Origin: Thermodesulfobacteriota bacterium
GTDB lineage: Bacteria; Desulfobacterota_D; UBA1144; Nemesobacterales; CSP1-2
Reading direction: 5' to 3'
NCBI GenBank assembly: GCA_049682815.1
Contig: JBAUII010000079.1
Span: forward strand, 29,864-93,863
Length of the DNA stretch: 64,000 nucleotides
Shown here piece after piece: positions 1 to 10,345 of the stretch (position 1 is its first letter; each line of letters begins with the position of its first letter). Below the pieces are notes generated by a model. It was not told the DNA's origin. It made no database searches and saw only the letters and a list, made by a program, of their open reading frames with translations. The translations under genes and the position numbers were made by a program.

Positions 1-1250
1 TGGCAAATTTCAATCCTTTTCCTGTAAAATGTTTGATCATCTTTTGCGATTGAATGTTTCATGGCACTCTTGTAATTCTCAAGTGCCTCTTTGTATTTGT
101 TTAACTGTAAATATAGATTGCCCAGTGTTGAGTAGAGTCTATGATTTGATTCAAGTTGCTTAGATCCGCGAATTCTTTTTATTTCATTTATGCCTTTCCT
201 CGCCCCATAGATGTTACAAAAAACCATGGCTCTCTCAAGGTTAACTTCAGGATCATCATTTAGCTTCAGGTAATTTTCATAGAGTGAAAGGATTTTCCCC
301 CAGTCGGTTTTCTCGTAACTAACCGCGATTGCATGACAAGCTGAAATTCCGGCCCTCAGGTGATATTCAGAAACATTATTACTGTTGGTGGCTATGTCGA
401 GATGATGTAGCCCTTTATTTATCATTTTTCTATCCCAAAGTGAACGATCTTGTTCTCGCAGATCCAGGAGCCTTCCTTCCTCATCAAATCTCCCCGGCAA
501 CTTTAGGGCTTCAAATAGCATAAATGAAAGAAGCGCGTGTGTCTCTGGTCTGTTGGTTTGTTTATGATTGGTTAGAAGGGTTGCTAATTTGATTGATTCG
601 TGGCATAACTCGATCTTGTTCTGACTTTTGCCTCCATAATAGTCGTATCCTTGCTTGAATATGTTATTTAGAGTTGAAAGTACTGATTCAAGTCTTTGAC
701 ATTTTTCAGATATGTCTGGGAGTGCATAATCAATCTTAAGCTTCTTAACCCTCTGTCTACCTTCCTCTAATCTTCTTGCAATAGTCGATTCGTTCGCGAA
801 GAGAACAGTTGCAATTTCCAGATTATTGAGACCACTCAAAAATTTAAGTGTAAGCGCAACCTGTGACTCCCTGGGGATCCATGGATGGCAGCAGACAAAT
901 AACATTCTAAGCTGATTATCTATGAGCAGTTCATCGTTAAGCTTGATAAGCGCCTTGAACTCCTCTCCGCTTATCTGGTTCATATTGAGACCGTGATCGT
1001 ACAGTTTGTTTTCACGCCTGAGTATTTCACTGCCTCTAATCTTTGCTATATTCCATAGCCAGTGTTTAAGGTTTCTTGGAATACCCTTGGATTGAGAATT
1101 AGACCGTGCCTTGGCATAGGCCTCGTCGATGATCTTTTCTGCCAGCTCCATGTATTCAATGCCAAATAGTCTCGTAAACGTGGATAAAATTTTCCCGTAC
1201 TCATCACGAATGAGGTCATTTAAATCTTTTCTATTCGTTTGGATAGGCAT
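1..1250 (-). CDS. ECF-type RNA polymerase sigma factor with long C-terminal helical/TPR-like extension (ECF42 / DUF6596-like); 3' end runs off the window
   Basis: Absent from the ORF track because it is open at the window edge. My own minus-strand translation from ATG 1250..1248 is stop-free to base 1. It reads MPIQTNRKDLNDLIRDEYGKIL...DNQLRMLFVCCHPWIPRESQVALTLKFLSGLNNLEIATVLFANESTIARRLEEGRQRVKK (sigma region-4 HTH). About 230 aa of helical repeats follow, ending ...GNLYLQLNKYKEALENYKSAM. Confidence 0.7.
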   Translation of the reverse strand, partial: MPIQTNRKDLNDLIRDEYGKILSTFTRLFGIEYMELAEKIIDEAYAKARSNSQSKGIPRNLKHWLWNIAKIRGSEILRRENKLYDHGLNMNQISGEEFKALIKLNDELLIDNQLRMLFVCCHPWIPRESQVALTLKFLSGLNNLEIATVLFANESTIARRLEEGRQRVKKLKIDYALPDISEKCQRLESVLSTLNNIFKQGYDYYGGKSQNKIELCHESIKLATLLTNHKQTNRPETHALLSFMLFEALKLPGRFDEEGRLLDLREQDRSLWDRKMINKGLHHLDIATNSNNVSEYHLRAGISACHAIAVSYEKTDWGKILSLYENYLKLNDDPEVNLERAMVFCNIYGARKGINEIKRIRGSKQLESNHRLYSTLGNLYLQLNKYKEALENYKSAMKHSIAKDDQTFYRKRIEIC

Positions 1251-1434
1251 TGCTTTTGATCAGTAAATACTATAGGAACAATTCCCATTCGACAACATCA
1301 GGTTAAACTTGGCTTGACTTTAGAAGGTGGGGGTTGCTCCCAAAGAATTCCAGGATAAAAGTTTTGTTGATATTTACTCTTTCTTGAACATCCCTGTCAT
1401 CCGTGGCTTGAAGGTTTAGCGGATTAATAGATGG

Positions 1435-2397
1435 TTAACGAGCGATTAGATATTGTATGCTGAACTTTTCATCTTGGTCTGTCCAGACCTTAACTAATTC
1501 AAAACTATTGCTGACCAGATTTTCGAATTCTTCGTTTGTGTATTTATAAGAATATTCTGTCAATATAGTTTCGTCTTTTTTCAATTTTATCGGCGTTCCG
1601 TTCACATTTACTCGTTGATGCTCCAGGCTTACCAAGTGCATTTCTATTCTACCTTCGTCATCATTATAAAAAGCATGGTGTTTCCACTGGCTCGTATCAA
1701 AGTCTGCTCCAAGCTCTCTATTGAGTCTTTCAAGAATATTCAGGTTGAATGCCGCGGTAACCCCATACGTATCATTATAAGCAGCCTCTAAGGTATCTTT
1801 ATCCTTTTTGAGATCGATTCCGATAAGCAGCGCGCTCCCCCTTCCGGATCTTTTGGCAATGCGACTTATAAAACGTGCCGCATATCTCGGTGTGAAATTT
1901 CCAATCGTCGAGCCCGGGTAGTATACAACCTTTTTGGAGTAACCAAATGTAATATCTGGGAAATCGAATGGATGTGTGTAATCGGCATAGACAGGAATAA
2001 CCTTAATACTTGGGTAGTCCGTGGCGAGTGAATCTGAAGCTTTAATCAAATGCTCGGAAGAAATATCTATAGGTATGTAACCAACGGGGTCGGTTAGATG
2101 GTCTAGGAGCAATCGAACCTTCGTGCTGCTGCCACTGCCCAACTCTATCAGTAAACACTTCTCGCCAATCAATTCCGCAATTTCGTCAATATAACGATTC
2201 ATAATCCACATCTCAGTCCTAGTCAGATAATACTCGTCGAGGTTACAAATCTGATCAAACAGTTCGGAGCCTCTTTGATCGTAGAAGAGCTTGCAGGGGA
2301 GTCTTTTCTGGGATAGACCCAGACCTTCGATGACTTCGGCTAAAAGATCTTTTTCTTGCGGATCAATTTTATTTAATTCATGAAGGTTATTTTGCAT
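1435..2397 (-). CDS. egtD: L-histidine N-alpha-methyltransferase (ergothioneine biosynthesis EgtD)
   Basis: SAM-MTase core LIELGSGSSTKVRLLLDHL, IPIDISSEHL, and an EgtD-like C-terminal half (TAAFNLNILERLNRELGADF). The track ORF extends to 2544, but its first 49 aa overlap egtB and look non-coding. The internal ATG at 2397 (MQNNLHEL...) gives an 11-nt overlap with the egtB stop. Confidence 0.85.
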   Translation of the reverse strand: MQNNLHELNKIDPQEKDLLAEVIEGLGLSQKRLPCKLFYDQRGSELFDQICNLDEYYLTRTEMWIMNRYIDEIAELIGEKCLLIELGSGSSTKVRLLLDHLTDPVGYIPIDISSEHLIKASDSLATDYPSIKVIPVYADYTHPFDFPDITFGYSKKVVYYPGSTIGNFTPRYAARFISRIAKRSGRGSALLIGIDLKKDKDTLEAAYNDTYGVTAAFNLNILERLNRELGADFDTSQWKHHAFYNDDEGRIEMHLVSLEHQRVNVNGTPIKLKKDETILTEYSYKYTNEEFENLVSNSFELVKVWTDQDEKFSIQYLIAR

Positions 2398-3691
2398 CTT
2401 TTGCAAGCCGGATTCCCATGAATTGCCATCTTGCGTTTGGTGGGAAGAAATTTCTGTATGTTTTTCTAATATGCGACCTGGAGGTAGCACAAGAACCGCC
2501 GCGAAGTACGATCTGATTGCACATGAATTTCCCGTTGTATTCACCTAGTGCCCCGGGCAGTGTGGTGTAACCTGGGTAGGGCCCGTATGGACTTCGTGTC
2601 CATTCCCATACGTCTCCGAACATCTGTTCAGGCTCTCGATTATTTGTTTCTACCGATATTACCATAGGATGATAATTCTCATTTTCTACAAAATTTCCGT
2701 CTATTGACAGATTAGATGCAGCAATTTCCCATTCCGCCTCAGTAGGGAGCCGTGCGCCGGCCCAGCGGGCATATGCATCAGCCTCGTAATAACTCACATG
2801 ACATACTGGTTCGTCTAGCGCAGTTTTCCGCATACCCGAAAGTGTAAAATACTGCCAACTGCCGTTTTTTTTCTCCCAATATAATGGGGCATTCCAGTCA
2901 TTTACCTCAACTGTGCTCCATCCGTCTGAAAGCCAAATCTCAGGTCTTTTATAACCCCCATCCTCCATGAACTCGAGATATTCTCGATTGGTAACAAGCC
3001 TAGAGGCAAGTTTAAATGCATTAGCATATTCCTTATGCATCGGTGTTTCATTATCGAATGAAAAACCTCCCCCATCGTGACCAATTCCGTATACGCCCTC
3101 TGGATATTCTATCCAATAAAGGTCAGGTAGTAGTCGATCCGAAGGTTTCTTCTCATTACCCGTGTAAGCAGGTCGAAGCGGATTTTCAGAAAATACATGT
3201 TTGATATCGGTCAGCATTAATTCCTGGTGTTGCTGTTCATGATGAAGACCTATTTCAATAACCGGAGCGATCTCTCTCAGTCGCTCTTCATTGGCAATTT
3301 CAAGAAATTCCAAAATTTTCTGATCGACGTGGCGTCTGTATCTGAAAACCTCCGTAACTGTGGGCCTAGATATAAGCCCTCGCTTTGGACGACAATGCCG
3401 TTCACCGACCTGAACATAATATGAGTTGAAAAGAAAATTAAACTGTGGATGAGGTGATCTGTAATCGGGGTTTACTTCGGATAGAACAAATGTCTCAAAA
3501 AACCAGCTCGTATGAGCTAGATGCCACTTGGTTGGACTAACGTCCGGCATTGACTGGATAACATAATCTTCGGTTTCAAGAGGTCTAGTTAGTTCTTCAG
3601 AAAATTGCCTGACTCTTCTGTAGCTGTTTGAAAGTGTAGTATTGAATGATTCATTCTGGTCTGCTCTTTCAAGCTTCCTATTATTTACCAT
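2387..3691 (-). CDS. egtB: Ergothioneine biosynthesis sulfoxide synthase EgtB (DinB-like N-domain + FGE-sulfatase/C-lectin-like C-domain)
   Basis: WHLAHTSWFFE and HHEQQHQELM (DinB-type metal-binding helix bundle). C-terminal GDVWEWT...RGGS...R motifs typical of FGE-sulfatase-fold EgtB/OvoA enzymes. Translationally coupled to egtD. Confidence 0.85.
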   Translation of the reverse strand: MVNNRKLERADQNESFNTTLSNSYRRVRQFSEELTRPLETEDYVIQSMPDVSPTKWHLAHTSWFFETFVLSEVNPDYRSPHPQFNFLFNSYYVQVGERHCRPKRGLISRPTVTEVFRYRRHVDQKILEFLEIANEERLREIAPVIEIGLHHEQQHQELMLTDIKHVFSENPLRPAYTGNEKKPSDRLLPDLYWIEYPEGVYGIGHDGGGFSFDNETPMHKEYANAFKLASRLVTNREYLEFMEDGGYKRPEIWLSDGWSTVEVNDWNAPLYWEKKNGSWQYFTLSGMRKTALDEPVCHVSYYEADAYARWAGARLPTEAEWEIAASNLSIDGNFVENENYHPMVISVETNNREPEQMFGDVWEWTRSPYGPYPGYTTLPGALGEYNGKFMCNQIVLRGGSCATSRSHIRKTYRNFFPPNARWQFMGIRLAKDAK

Positions 3692-3929
3692 TTTTATGAT
3701 ACCTTAGAGTCAAGTTCTTTTTACTAGAATGAATAAGGCGATTAAAACCAAATGCTCTAGCGACAAATTCCCCTCCTTTGCCGATAGAGAATTTACCCTC
3801 ATACATTATAGTCAAATAGAGATATTTTTTCAAAACCGATCTCAATTCATCTGAATTTTGGCATTATCTTCAAATATCATTTGTTCTATCCTCAAGTGCG
3901 TATAAAATAATAGGTTATTCTCAAGGGAG

Positions 3930-5237
3930 TTGCGTTTGAATAAGCTCTACCGAAACGGGAGGCGAGCGGCCATTGTTTATGGACTCAGGACCCCGTTTAT
4001 AAAAGCCGGAACGCTGATAGAAAATCTATCTTCTTTAGATTTAGGTAAAAAGGTTACAATCGAACTCTTAAACCGCTCTGAAATTGATCCCGAAAGCATA
4101 GAAGAGGTAATTTTTGGTACGGCAATACCATTCATAAAAACATTGAATGTTTCCAGAGAGATAGCACTTGGTGCCGGTATTCCAATCGATGTTCCAGCTT
4201 ATACCCTATCAAGCGCGTGCTTATCATCATTCCGAGCCATTACAAACGCCGCCGAGGGTATAATGTTGGGGAATTATGACGTCGTTTTAGCGGGAGGAAC
4301 AGAATCGATATCCAGCATGCCGATTTTGTATAATAAGAGATTTAGAAAAATATTCAAAGAATACACGAGTAGCCACAATCCGGTAAGAAAACTCCAGCAA
4401 TTAATTAAGCTTCGATTTCAAGATATTGTCCCAAATCCCAAAGAGATCGCCGAATTATCCGAGGGGATATCCATGGCTAAATATGCAGAACAAATCGCTA
4501 AAGAAAACCACATAAGTCGTAATGATCAGGATGCATTTTCGTTGCGCAGCCACAAACTTGCGTTTCAGGCTTTAGAGGATGCAAGGCTTCAAAACGAAGT
4601 CATTAGCTTATTTGTCCCACCTAATTTTTCAACTGCAGTGAGGTTTGACAACGGAATTCGCAAAGATATAAGAATGGAAGATTTGTCTAAGCTAAAACCG
4701 ATTTGCGATAAAATTTATGGTACTGTCACAGAAGGCAATTCTTCGCCACTTTCAGATGGCGCGAGTGTAGTGCTAATGATGTCGGAGGAAAAGGCAAAAG
4801 AGATGGGATACGACCCGCTTGGGTATATCAAGTCATTCGCCTATTCTGCACAATCTCCAAAAGACCAAGTGCTCATGGGACCTGTTTATGCAACCCCGAT
4901 CGCTTTGCAGAGGGCTGGTCTGGGTTTGCATGATGTTGATTTAATAGAGATGCACGAGGCATCCGCGTCCCAAGTTCTGTCGAACTTAAATGCATTTTCT
5001 TCTAAAAAATTTGCTGAAGATAGACTTGGGAAAGGCGAACCCATTGGAGAAGTTGATCTTGATAAGCTAAACGTACTGGGCGGTTCGATTGCAATTGGTC
5101 ACCCGTCTAGTTCTACGGGAATCAGGCTAACTATCACCCTTTTGAATGAGCTGAAGAGGCGTGGTAAAAACTTCGGTATGGTTACATCCTGTGCAGCCGG
5201 TGGACTAGGCGCCACCATGATTCTCGAGAGAAATTAA
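3930..5237 (+). CDS. fadI: 3-ketoacyl-CoA thiolase, FadI-like
   Basis: Thiolase signatures: active-site Cys region LSSACLSSFRAI, HEASASQ, C-terminal CAAGGLGATMILE. Size is 435 aa and it sits directly upstream of a FadJ-like gene, as in the fadIJ arrangement. TTG start taken from the track. Confidence 0.8.
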   Translation: MRLNKLYRNGRRAAIVYGLRTPFIKAGTLIENLSSLDLGKKVTIELLNRSEIDPESIEEVIFGTAIPFIKTLNVSREIALGAGIPIDVPAYTLSSACLSSFRAITNAAEGIMLGNYDVVLAGGTESISSMPILYNKRFRKIFKEYTSSHNPVRKLQQLIKLRFQDIVPNPKEIAELSEGISMAKYAEQIAKENHISRNDQDAFSLRSHKLAFQALEDARLQNEVISLFVPPNFSTAVRFDNGIRKDIRMEDLSKLKPICDKIYGTVTEGNSSPLSDGASVVLMMSEEKAKEMGYDPLGYIKSFAYSAQSPKDQVLMGPVYATPIALQRAGLGLHDVDLIEMHEASASQVLSNLNAFSSKKFAEDRLGKGEPIGEVDLDKLNVLGGSIAIGHPSSSTGIRLTITLLNELKRRGKNFGMVTSCAAGGLGATMILERN

Positions 5238-5255
5238 TTAAGTAGGGGAAGTTAG

Positions 5256-7409
5256 ATGAAAATAAGTTCCTTTGAAGTAGACGACAAACAAATCGGGATT
5301 GTGACAATTGAAGCTCCCGATGTGATGGAAAACAGACTTTCCCTGGAGCATATAATAGAAATCGAAAGCTTATTAAGCGAGCTAGAAAATGCAAAGAGTA
5401 AAATAGAGGGAGGAAAAGAAACGAAAGCAATCGTTCTCGTGAGTGGGAAGCAGGATTGTTTTATATCAGGATTGGATCTCAGAGAACTCTTTAAATTCAA
5501 GGCAGCCGACGAAGGTCGATCTTATAGCCTTAGGATACAGGAAGTAATAGAAAAAATTGAGAGATCCAGGATTCCATTCTTAGCAGCGATAAATGGAGGC
5601 TGTTTTGGTATAGGGTTAGAAATATGCCTCGCATGCAGATATACAATTGCGACAGATGGGCCAAGTACGCTATTTGGATTCCCTGATATAAAGCTGGGTT
5701 TAATATGCGGCGGAGGTGGAACACAAAGACTGCCGCTCCAGGTAGGTATATCGTGTGCTATTGATTTAATGACCACAGGTAAGACCATTAACTCTCAGGA
5801 GGCTAGGGCAATTAGACTCATCGACGAAATAGTACCCAATGAGGCATTGTTGGAAATAGGGAAAATGCGAGCGCTCGAATTAATAAAGGGAAAGATTAGA
5901 TCAAAGAGTTCACGGGCAAGTAATCGACTAAGAACGTTTTATTATAGCAATTCCGTTCTTAGGAACTTTCTGCTTAAAAAGAAAAGAAAAAAGGCGTTGG
6001 TTAAGACAAACAATAGAAATCTGGCTCCGATAATGTCAATTGAAGCAATGGAAGTTGGACTAAACTCCAGCTTCAGTAGAGGACTACATGTCGAGTCGGT
6101 TTACTTTGGCGAGCTTGCTTCTGGTGAGGTGTCTCACAATCTGATCCATTTGTCTCTTGCTTCGGACGATATAAAGAACGATCCTGTCGTTCGAGCAAAT
6201 GGCATCAAACCAAAGAAGATTAGAAAGGTCGGTATAGTTGGCGCAGCGCAAACTGGCTCTGTTCTTGCAGCGCTGGCTGCCGATAATGGTTTTACAGTTA
6301 GGTTGATGGATAAAGATGAATCAAGCCTAGGGAGGGCACTGAAGGACTGTCATGAATACTTTAAAAATAGATACAATAGGGGCGAACCTCCAAAGTTTGA
6401 ATTGGGAAATAGATTCGAATTGGTTAGTTGTACGAATGATTATTCAGGATTTAAAAGGGCAGACATTGTATTCGATACTACTCAAGATGAATCAGATCTG
6501 AAACTAAATATCTTGAATGAGGTTGAATCCGTGATAGGTGAGGGATGCGTTATCGCCTCGAACGTTAGTGCGGTTCAATTAACTAAGGTATGCAATCGCC
6601 TGAAACGATTGGATAGAGTCGTTGGAATTCATTTTTCACTGCCAATGTACGAAAACCCTCTAACTGAGATTGTTATAACGCAAGATACTTCGGACTCTAC
6701 AATTGCTACGGTACTTGATTTTTCTAAGAACATTGGAAAGATTCCGATAGTAGTGAAGGAGGGGACCGGCTTTTACACTAACAGAGTAATATTTGCGTAT
6801 ATAAATGAAGCCATACGCCTCCTCAGCGAAGTAGGTTCATTAGAGGAGATCGATAATGCTATGATTGAAGTGGGATATCGACAAGGTCCCTTTATCTTGA
6901 TGGACAAAATGGGAATCGACGATGTTATCGGCTGGTCAAACGCAATGTATGAGGCTTTTGGGGAAAGATTTAAGGCTGCTTCAAAGCTTGATATCCTATT
7001 TGAAGGTGCGGATAAACAGTTAAAAAACAGAAAAGCCTTTTACTCATACTATAATGATAAAAAAATAGTGAATAAATCCATATACAAATTACTGCCATTT
7101 AGAAAATCTAGAGAACACTTCCCAAAGCTTGAGATGCAGGAAAGGCTCTCATTCGCGATCATAAATGAAGCAGTAAGATGTCTTGAAGATGGGATAATAA
7201 GGAGTGCAAGGGATGGAGACATTGGTGCTGTAATTGGGATTGGATTTCCACCATTTTTTGGGGGGCCTTTCAAGTTTATCGACAATTTAGGTATCGAAAA
7301 CACAATCAAGAAGCTGGAGTTTCTGTCATCGAAACACGATCAACTTTTTTTACCATCCAATCTCCTCCAAGATTATCTGAGCCAGGGAAAAAAGTTTTAC
7401 GATGAATAA
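5256..7409 (+). CDS. fadJ: Multifunctional enoyl-CoA hydratase / 3-hydroxyacyl-CoA dehydrogenase, FadJ/FadB-like
   Basis: N-terminal crotonase fold (FLAAINGGCFGIGLEICLACRY). Central Rossmann segment (KVGIVGAAQTGSVLAALAA). 3HCDH C-terminal domains. 717 aa. Confidence 0.85.
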   Translation: MKISSFEVDDKQIGIVTIEAPDVMENRLSLEHIIEIESLLSELENAKSKIEGGKETKAIVLVSGKQDCFISGLDLRELFKFKAADEGRSYSLRIQEVIEKIERSRIPFLAAINGGCFGIGLEICLACRYTIATDGPSTLFGFPDIKLGLICGGGGTQRLPLQVGISCAIDLMTTGKTINSQEARAIRLIDEIVPNEALLEIGKMRALELIKGKIRSKSSRASNRLRTFYYSNSVLRNFLLKKKRKKALVKTNNRNLAPIMSIEAMEVGLNSSFSRGLHVESVYFGELASGEVSHNLIHLSLASDDIKNDPVVRANGIKPKKIRKVGIVGAAQTGSVLAALAADNGFTVRLMDKDESSLGRALKDCHEYFKNRYNRGEPPKFELGNRFELVSCTNDYSGFKRADIVFDTTQDESDLKLNILNEVESVIGEGCVIASNVSAVQLTKVCNRLKRLDRVVGIHFSLPMYENPLTEIVITQDTSDSTIATVLDFSKNIGKIPIVVKEGTGFYTNRVIFAYINEAIRLLSEVGSLEEIDNAMIEVGYRQGPFILMDKMGIDDVIGWSNAMYEAFGERFKAASKLDILFEGADKQLKNRKAFYSYYNDKKIVNKSIYKLLPFRKSREHFPKLEMQERLSFAIINEAVRCLEDGIIRSARDGDIGAVIGIGFPPFFGGPFKFIDNLGIENTIKKLEFLSSKHDQLFLPSNLLQDYLSQGKKFYDE

Positions 7410-7434
7410 TTTCTATATATAATGTTAGATAGGT

Positions 7435-8262
7435 ATGAACGGCAAGGACAGATCAAGGGCGGTTATAATCGGCCTTTCTCTTATTGGTTTCATAGTTGCA
7501 GCTTATCTTACTTATCTCTACTATAACAAGGCGGAAACAAGCTTTTGCGTTACGGGTTCGAGCTGCGATATTGTAAGATTGAGCGGTTATTCCTCGATTG
7601 ATGGCATCCCTGTATCGCTTGTGGGTTTAATAGGTTACTTTGGGTTATTCATAATTACTGTTTCAAATATACCAGATCGAATAAAATGGTTGACGCTTTA
7701 TTTCGTATCCTTGCCTGGTTTGGTCTATTCAATTTATCTTACATATGTAGAAGTATTCGTTTTAAAAGCGATATGTTCTTTCTGCTTACTTTCAGCGATC
7801 GTTATAACAGCTATTTTTATCTTAATTTTGTTTAAGAAGCCCATAGACCTTCGGGCAAATTTTTCAAAAATTTTGCCAATCAGCATCTTCATAGTCATCC
7901 TCGTTATCTTAGGGTCACTCTTTTTCAAAAATAGCGGTGAACTCAGGGCGACTACTGCAAATGATTATCAGGTTGGACTTGCAATTCACCTTAGAGAAAT
8001 TGGGGCCACCATGTACGGGTCATTCCAGTGTCCTCATTGTCTGGCACAGAAGCACTTTTTCGGAACGGCTTTTAATTTTATCAACTATGTCGAGTGTGAT
8101 CCAAAAGGAAAGAATTCCGAGCCCTCACTTTGCATATCTAAGGGCGTAACAAGTTATCCCACGTGGGAAATAGGAGGCAAATATTATCTTGGAGCAAAAT
8201 CCCTGAAAGAACTAGCCAGAATTTCTGGATATAATAACGACAGGACGCAAAACCAAAACTAG
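7435..8262 (+). CDS. Vitamin K epoxide reductase (VKOR) homologue fused to a thioredoxin-like domain
   Basis: Multi-TM N-terminal part with loop cysteines (SFCVTGSSCDIV) and CSFC in a TM helix. C-terminal soluble domain with CPHC. This is the architecture of bacterial VKOR-Trx disulfide-forming proteins. Confidence 0.75.
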   Translation: MNGKDRSRAVIIGLSLIGFIVAAYLTYLYYNKAETSFCVTGSSCDIVRLSGYSSIDGIPVSLVGLIGYFGLFIITVSNIPDRIKWLTLYFVSLPGLVYSIYLTYVEVFVLKAICSFCLLSAIVITAIFILILFKKPIDLRANFSKILPISIFIVILVILGSLFFKNSGELRATTANDYQVGLAIHLREIGATMYGSFQCPHCLAQKHFFGTAFNFINYVECDPKGKNSEPSLCISKGVTSYPTWEIGGKYYLGAKSLKELARISGYNNDRTQNQN

Positions 8263-8615
8263 ATAATTAAGTCCCTGGGATCAAATAAAGAATCTAAATT
8301 TATGTACGTTCATAAGGTGTTCATTGCCTTTAGACATAAGGTCGGAAGCATCGCTGTAATGTTACACGTTCAATAATCGGTATAATTTCCGCCAGAGAAC
8401 CAGAAGCTTTAATCCAGCATTCCTTGTTATAATTCCGACCTTGTCAGAGATCAATCCAAAGTGATTAGGAAACCTTAAGGCCTTAGAATAGATAAATTCT
8501 ATCTCATTGAAATCATTATAATTATCTTAGTGGATGCTTGAAAACAAATACAAAGTGATTAATCTTTCTTAATGTATTTGATGTTAAATTTCTTTAGTTT
8601 TTGAGGAGACAGTTT

Positions 8616-9482
8616 ATGAATACGTTAAAAAGCGTAATGCTCTTGGCAGTACTTTCCGCCATACTAATATGGGCAGGCGGTGCAATAGGGGGTAAGAACG
8701 GGGCTCTAATCGCATTAATGATTGCTGGAGTTATGAACTTCATCAGTTATTGGTGGAGTGACAAGATTGTACTATCAATGTATGGTGCGAAAGAGGTTGC
8801 CCATGACGAGGCGCCGGAACTGTATAATACCGTACAGGAACTGGCACAAAACGCCGGGCTTCCCATGCCCAAAGTTTACATCACACCACAAGACGCACCT
8901 AACGCATTTGCAACGGGTAGGAATCCTGAGCATTCGGCCGTAGCTGTAACAAACGGTATATTGAAACTACTCAGCCGCGAAGAACTGAAGGGTGTCCTGG
9001 CACACGAGTTAACCCATGTAAAGAATCGGGATATTTTAATTGGTACTATTGCAGCGACAATTGCGGGCGCAATCAGCTATCTTGCCTATATGGCCCAGTG
9101 GGCAGCGATATTTGGGGGAGCCGGGGGAAACGGAAGGGGTAGAGGGAATATCTTTACACTGCTTGTAATGATGATAGTTGCTCCTCTGGCGGCGATGATT
9201 ATACGTATGGCAATATCACGGACAAGAGAATATGGAGCGGACAAAGGCGGTGCACAGATCTGTGGTAACCCTTTATATCTAGCAAATGCACTGAGAAAAC
9301 TAGGTCAGGTTTCTGGAAGAATACCTCTGGGGGTCAACGAACAAGTAGCCGAATCAACCGCTCACATGCTAATTGTTAGTCCACTTTTCGGCGGTGGTTT
9401 TGCGTCACTGTTCAGTACGCACCCACCTATCGAAGATAGGATAGCAAGACTTGAGGCAATGGTTGGTGGGAGTTCAATTTAA
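8616..9482 (+). CDS. htpX: Zinc metalloprotease HtpX (peptidase M48)
   Basis: HELTHV zinc motif, 4 TM segments, C-terminal STHPPIEDRI. ATG at 8616 is preceded by GAGGAG at 8603-8608. The track starts at TTG 8601. Confidence 0.9.
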   Translation: MNTLKSVMLLAVLSAILIWAGGAIGGKNGALIALMIAGVMNFISYWWSDKIVLSMYGAKEVAHDEAPELYNTVQELAQNAGLPMPKVYITPQDAPNAFATGRNPEHSAVAVTNGILKLLSREELKGVLAHELTHVKNRDILIGTIAATIAGAISYLAYMAQWAAIFGGAGGNGRGRGNIFTLLVMMIVAPLAAMIIRMAISRTREYGADKGGAQICGNPLYLANALRKLGQVSGRIPLGVNEQVAESTAHMLIVSPLFGGGFASLFSTHPPIEDRIARLEAMVGGSSI

Positions 9483-9501
9483 AAGACCGCTTTTAAGCTG
9501 A

Positions 9502-9903
9502 TTAAGATTCCTCTTTTTCAAGCGCCAGCGCGGCAGAATTGATACAGTAACGCAGATTTGTTGGTTTGGGTCCATCCGGGAAAACATGCCCTAAATGGGC
9601 ATCGCACATATTGCACATTAGTTCTATTCTCTGCATTCCAAAGCTATTATCTGTTTCCTCTTTAATGTTTTCCTCGTTAACAGGAGCCCAAAAACTGGGC
9701 CACCCTGTTCCCGATTCAAATTTGGTCTCAGAGCTGAAAAGTTCAGCACCGCAACATACACACCTGTAGATACCCTTTTCTTTTGAGTTGTTATATTCAC
9801 CTGAGAATGGTCTTTCCGTTCCTTTTTTCCTCGTGATATGGTACTGCTCCGGTGTGAGCATGTTCTTCCACTCCTCATCTGATTTTATAATCTTTTTTGT
9901 CAT
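9502..9903 (-). CDS. msrB: Peptide-methionine (R)-S-oxide reductase MsrB
   Basis: Two CxxC zinc motifs ([21 protein letters not shown]) and catalytic RYCINS. Confidence 0.9.
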   Translation of the reverse strand: MTKKIIKSDEEWKNMLTPEQYHITRKKGTERPFSGEYNNSKEKGIYRCVCCGAELFSSETKFESGTGWPSFWAPVNEENIKEETDNSFGMQRIELMCNMCDAHLGHVFPDGPKPTNLRYCINSAALALEKEES

Positions 9904-9983
9904 GTTCTCAACTCCTTTTTACTCGCTTTCAATTATCGATATTGAGATAATATTTGTTGACAAATAAATCAGGATTTGCCTCA

Positions 9984-10301
9984 CTAATTAATGCTTTTAG
10001 GGAGATATAAGCCCTCAACGAGATCGGAAAAGAAGTCATCTTTCTCGGGATGGTTTATTGGTTCGTCTGACTTGTCAGGTTCTAGATTTCGCTCTGCGAG
10101 ATATGTTCGGTCAGAGGAATGATGCACCAACACGTGATACCAAGGCTTGTCTTTCGGGGGACGGGAACGTGCCACGATCGCATACCATTCTTCCGATCCC
10201 TTAAAGACTTCATCTACGTCTATAATCACGCCACGGTAATCAAACATCTTATGGTGTACTGTTTGACCAATAGAGAATTTCGGACTTCTTTCTGAAGACA
10301 T
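9984..10301 (-). CDS. hspQ: Heat-shock protein HspQ / hemimethylated-DNA-binding YccV-domain protein
   Basis: FSIGQTVHHKMFDYRGVIIDVD...PWYHVLV is a YccV-like domain pattern. 105 aa. Confidence 0.75.
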   Translation of the reverse strand: MSSERSPKFSIGQTVHHKMFDYRGVIIDVDEVFKGSEEWYAIVARSRPPKDKPWYHVLVHHSSDRTYLAERNLEPDKSDEPINHPEKDDFFSDLVEGLYLPKSIN

Positions 10302-10345
10302 TGTATATCAGTTAGCGATAAGTCTTAATAATATACTAAATGGAA

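Noticed and set aside
329-523. Small track ORFs 329..523, 19483..19734, 51233..51439, 54759..54989, 31504..31689
   Set aside because: They are antisense to, or embedded in, better-supported features (ECF sigma gene, exported-protein gene, promoter region of polA, hairpin cluster, island intergenic region), and they lack RBSs.
8336-8444. 10-bp inverted repeat AAGGTCGGAA / TTCCGACCTT separated by 85 nt upstream of htpX
   Set aside because: It is a single occurrence with no supporting internal structure or conserved motif that I recognise. It could be chance.
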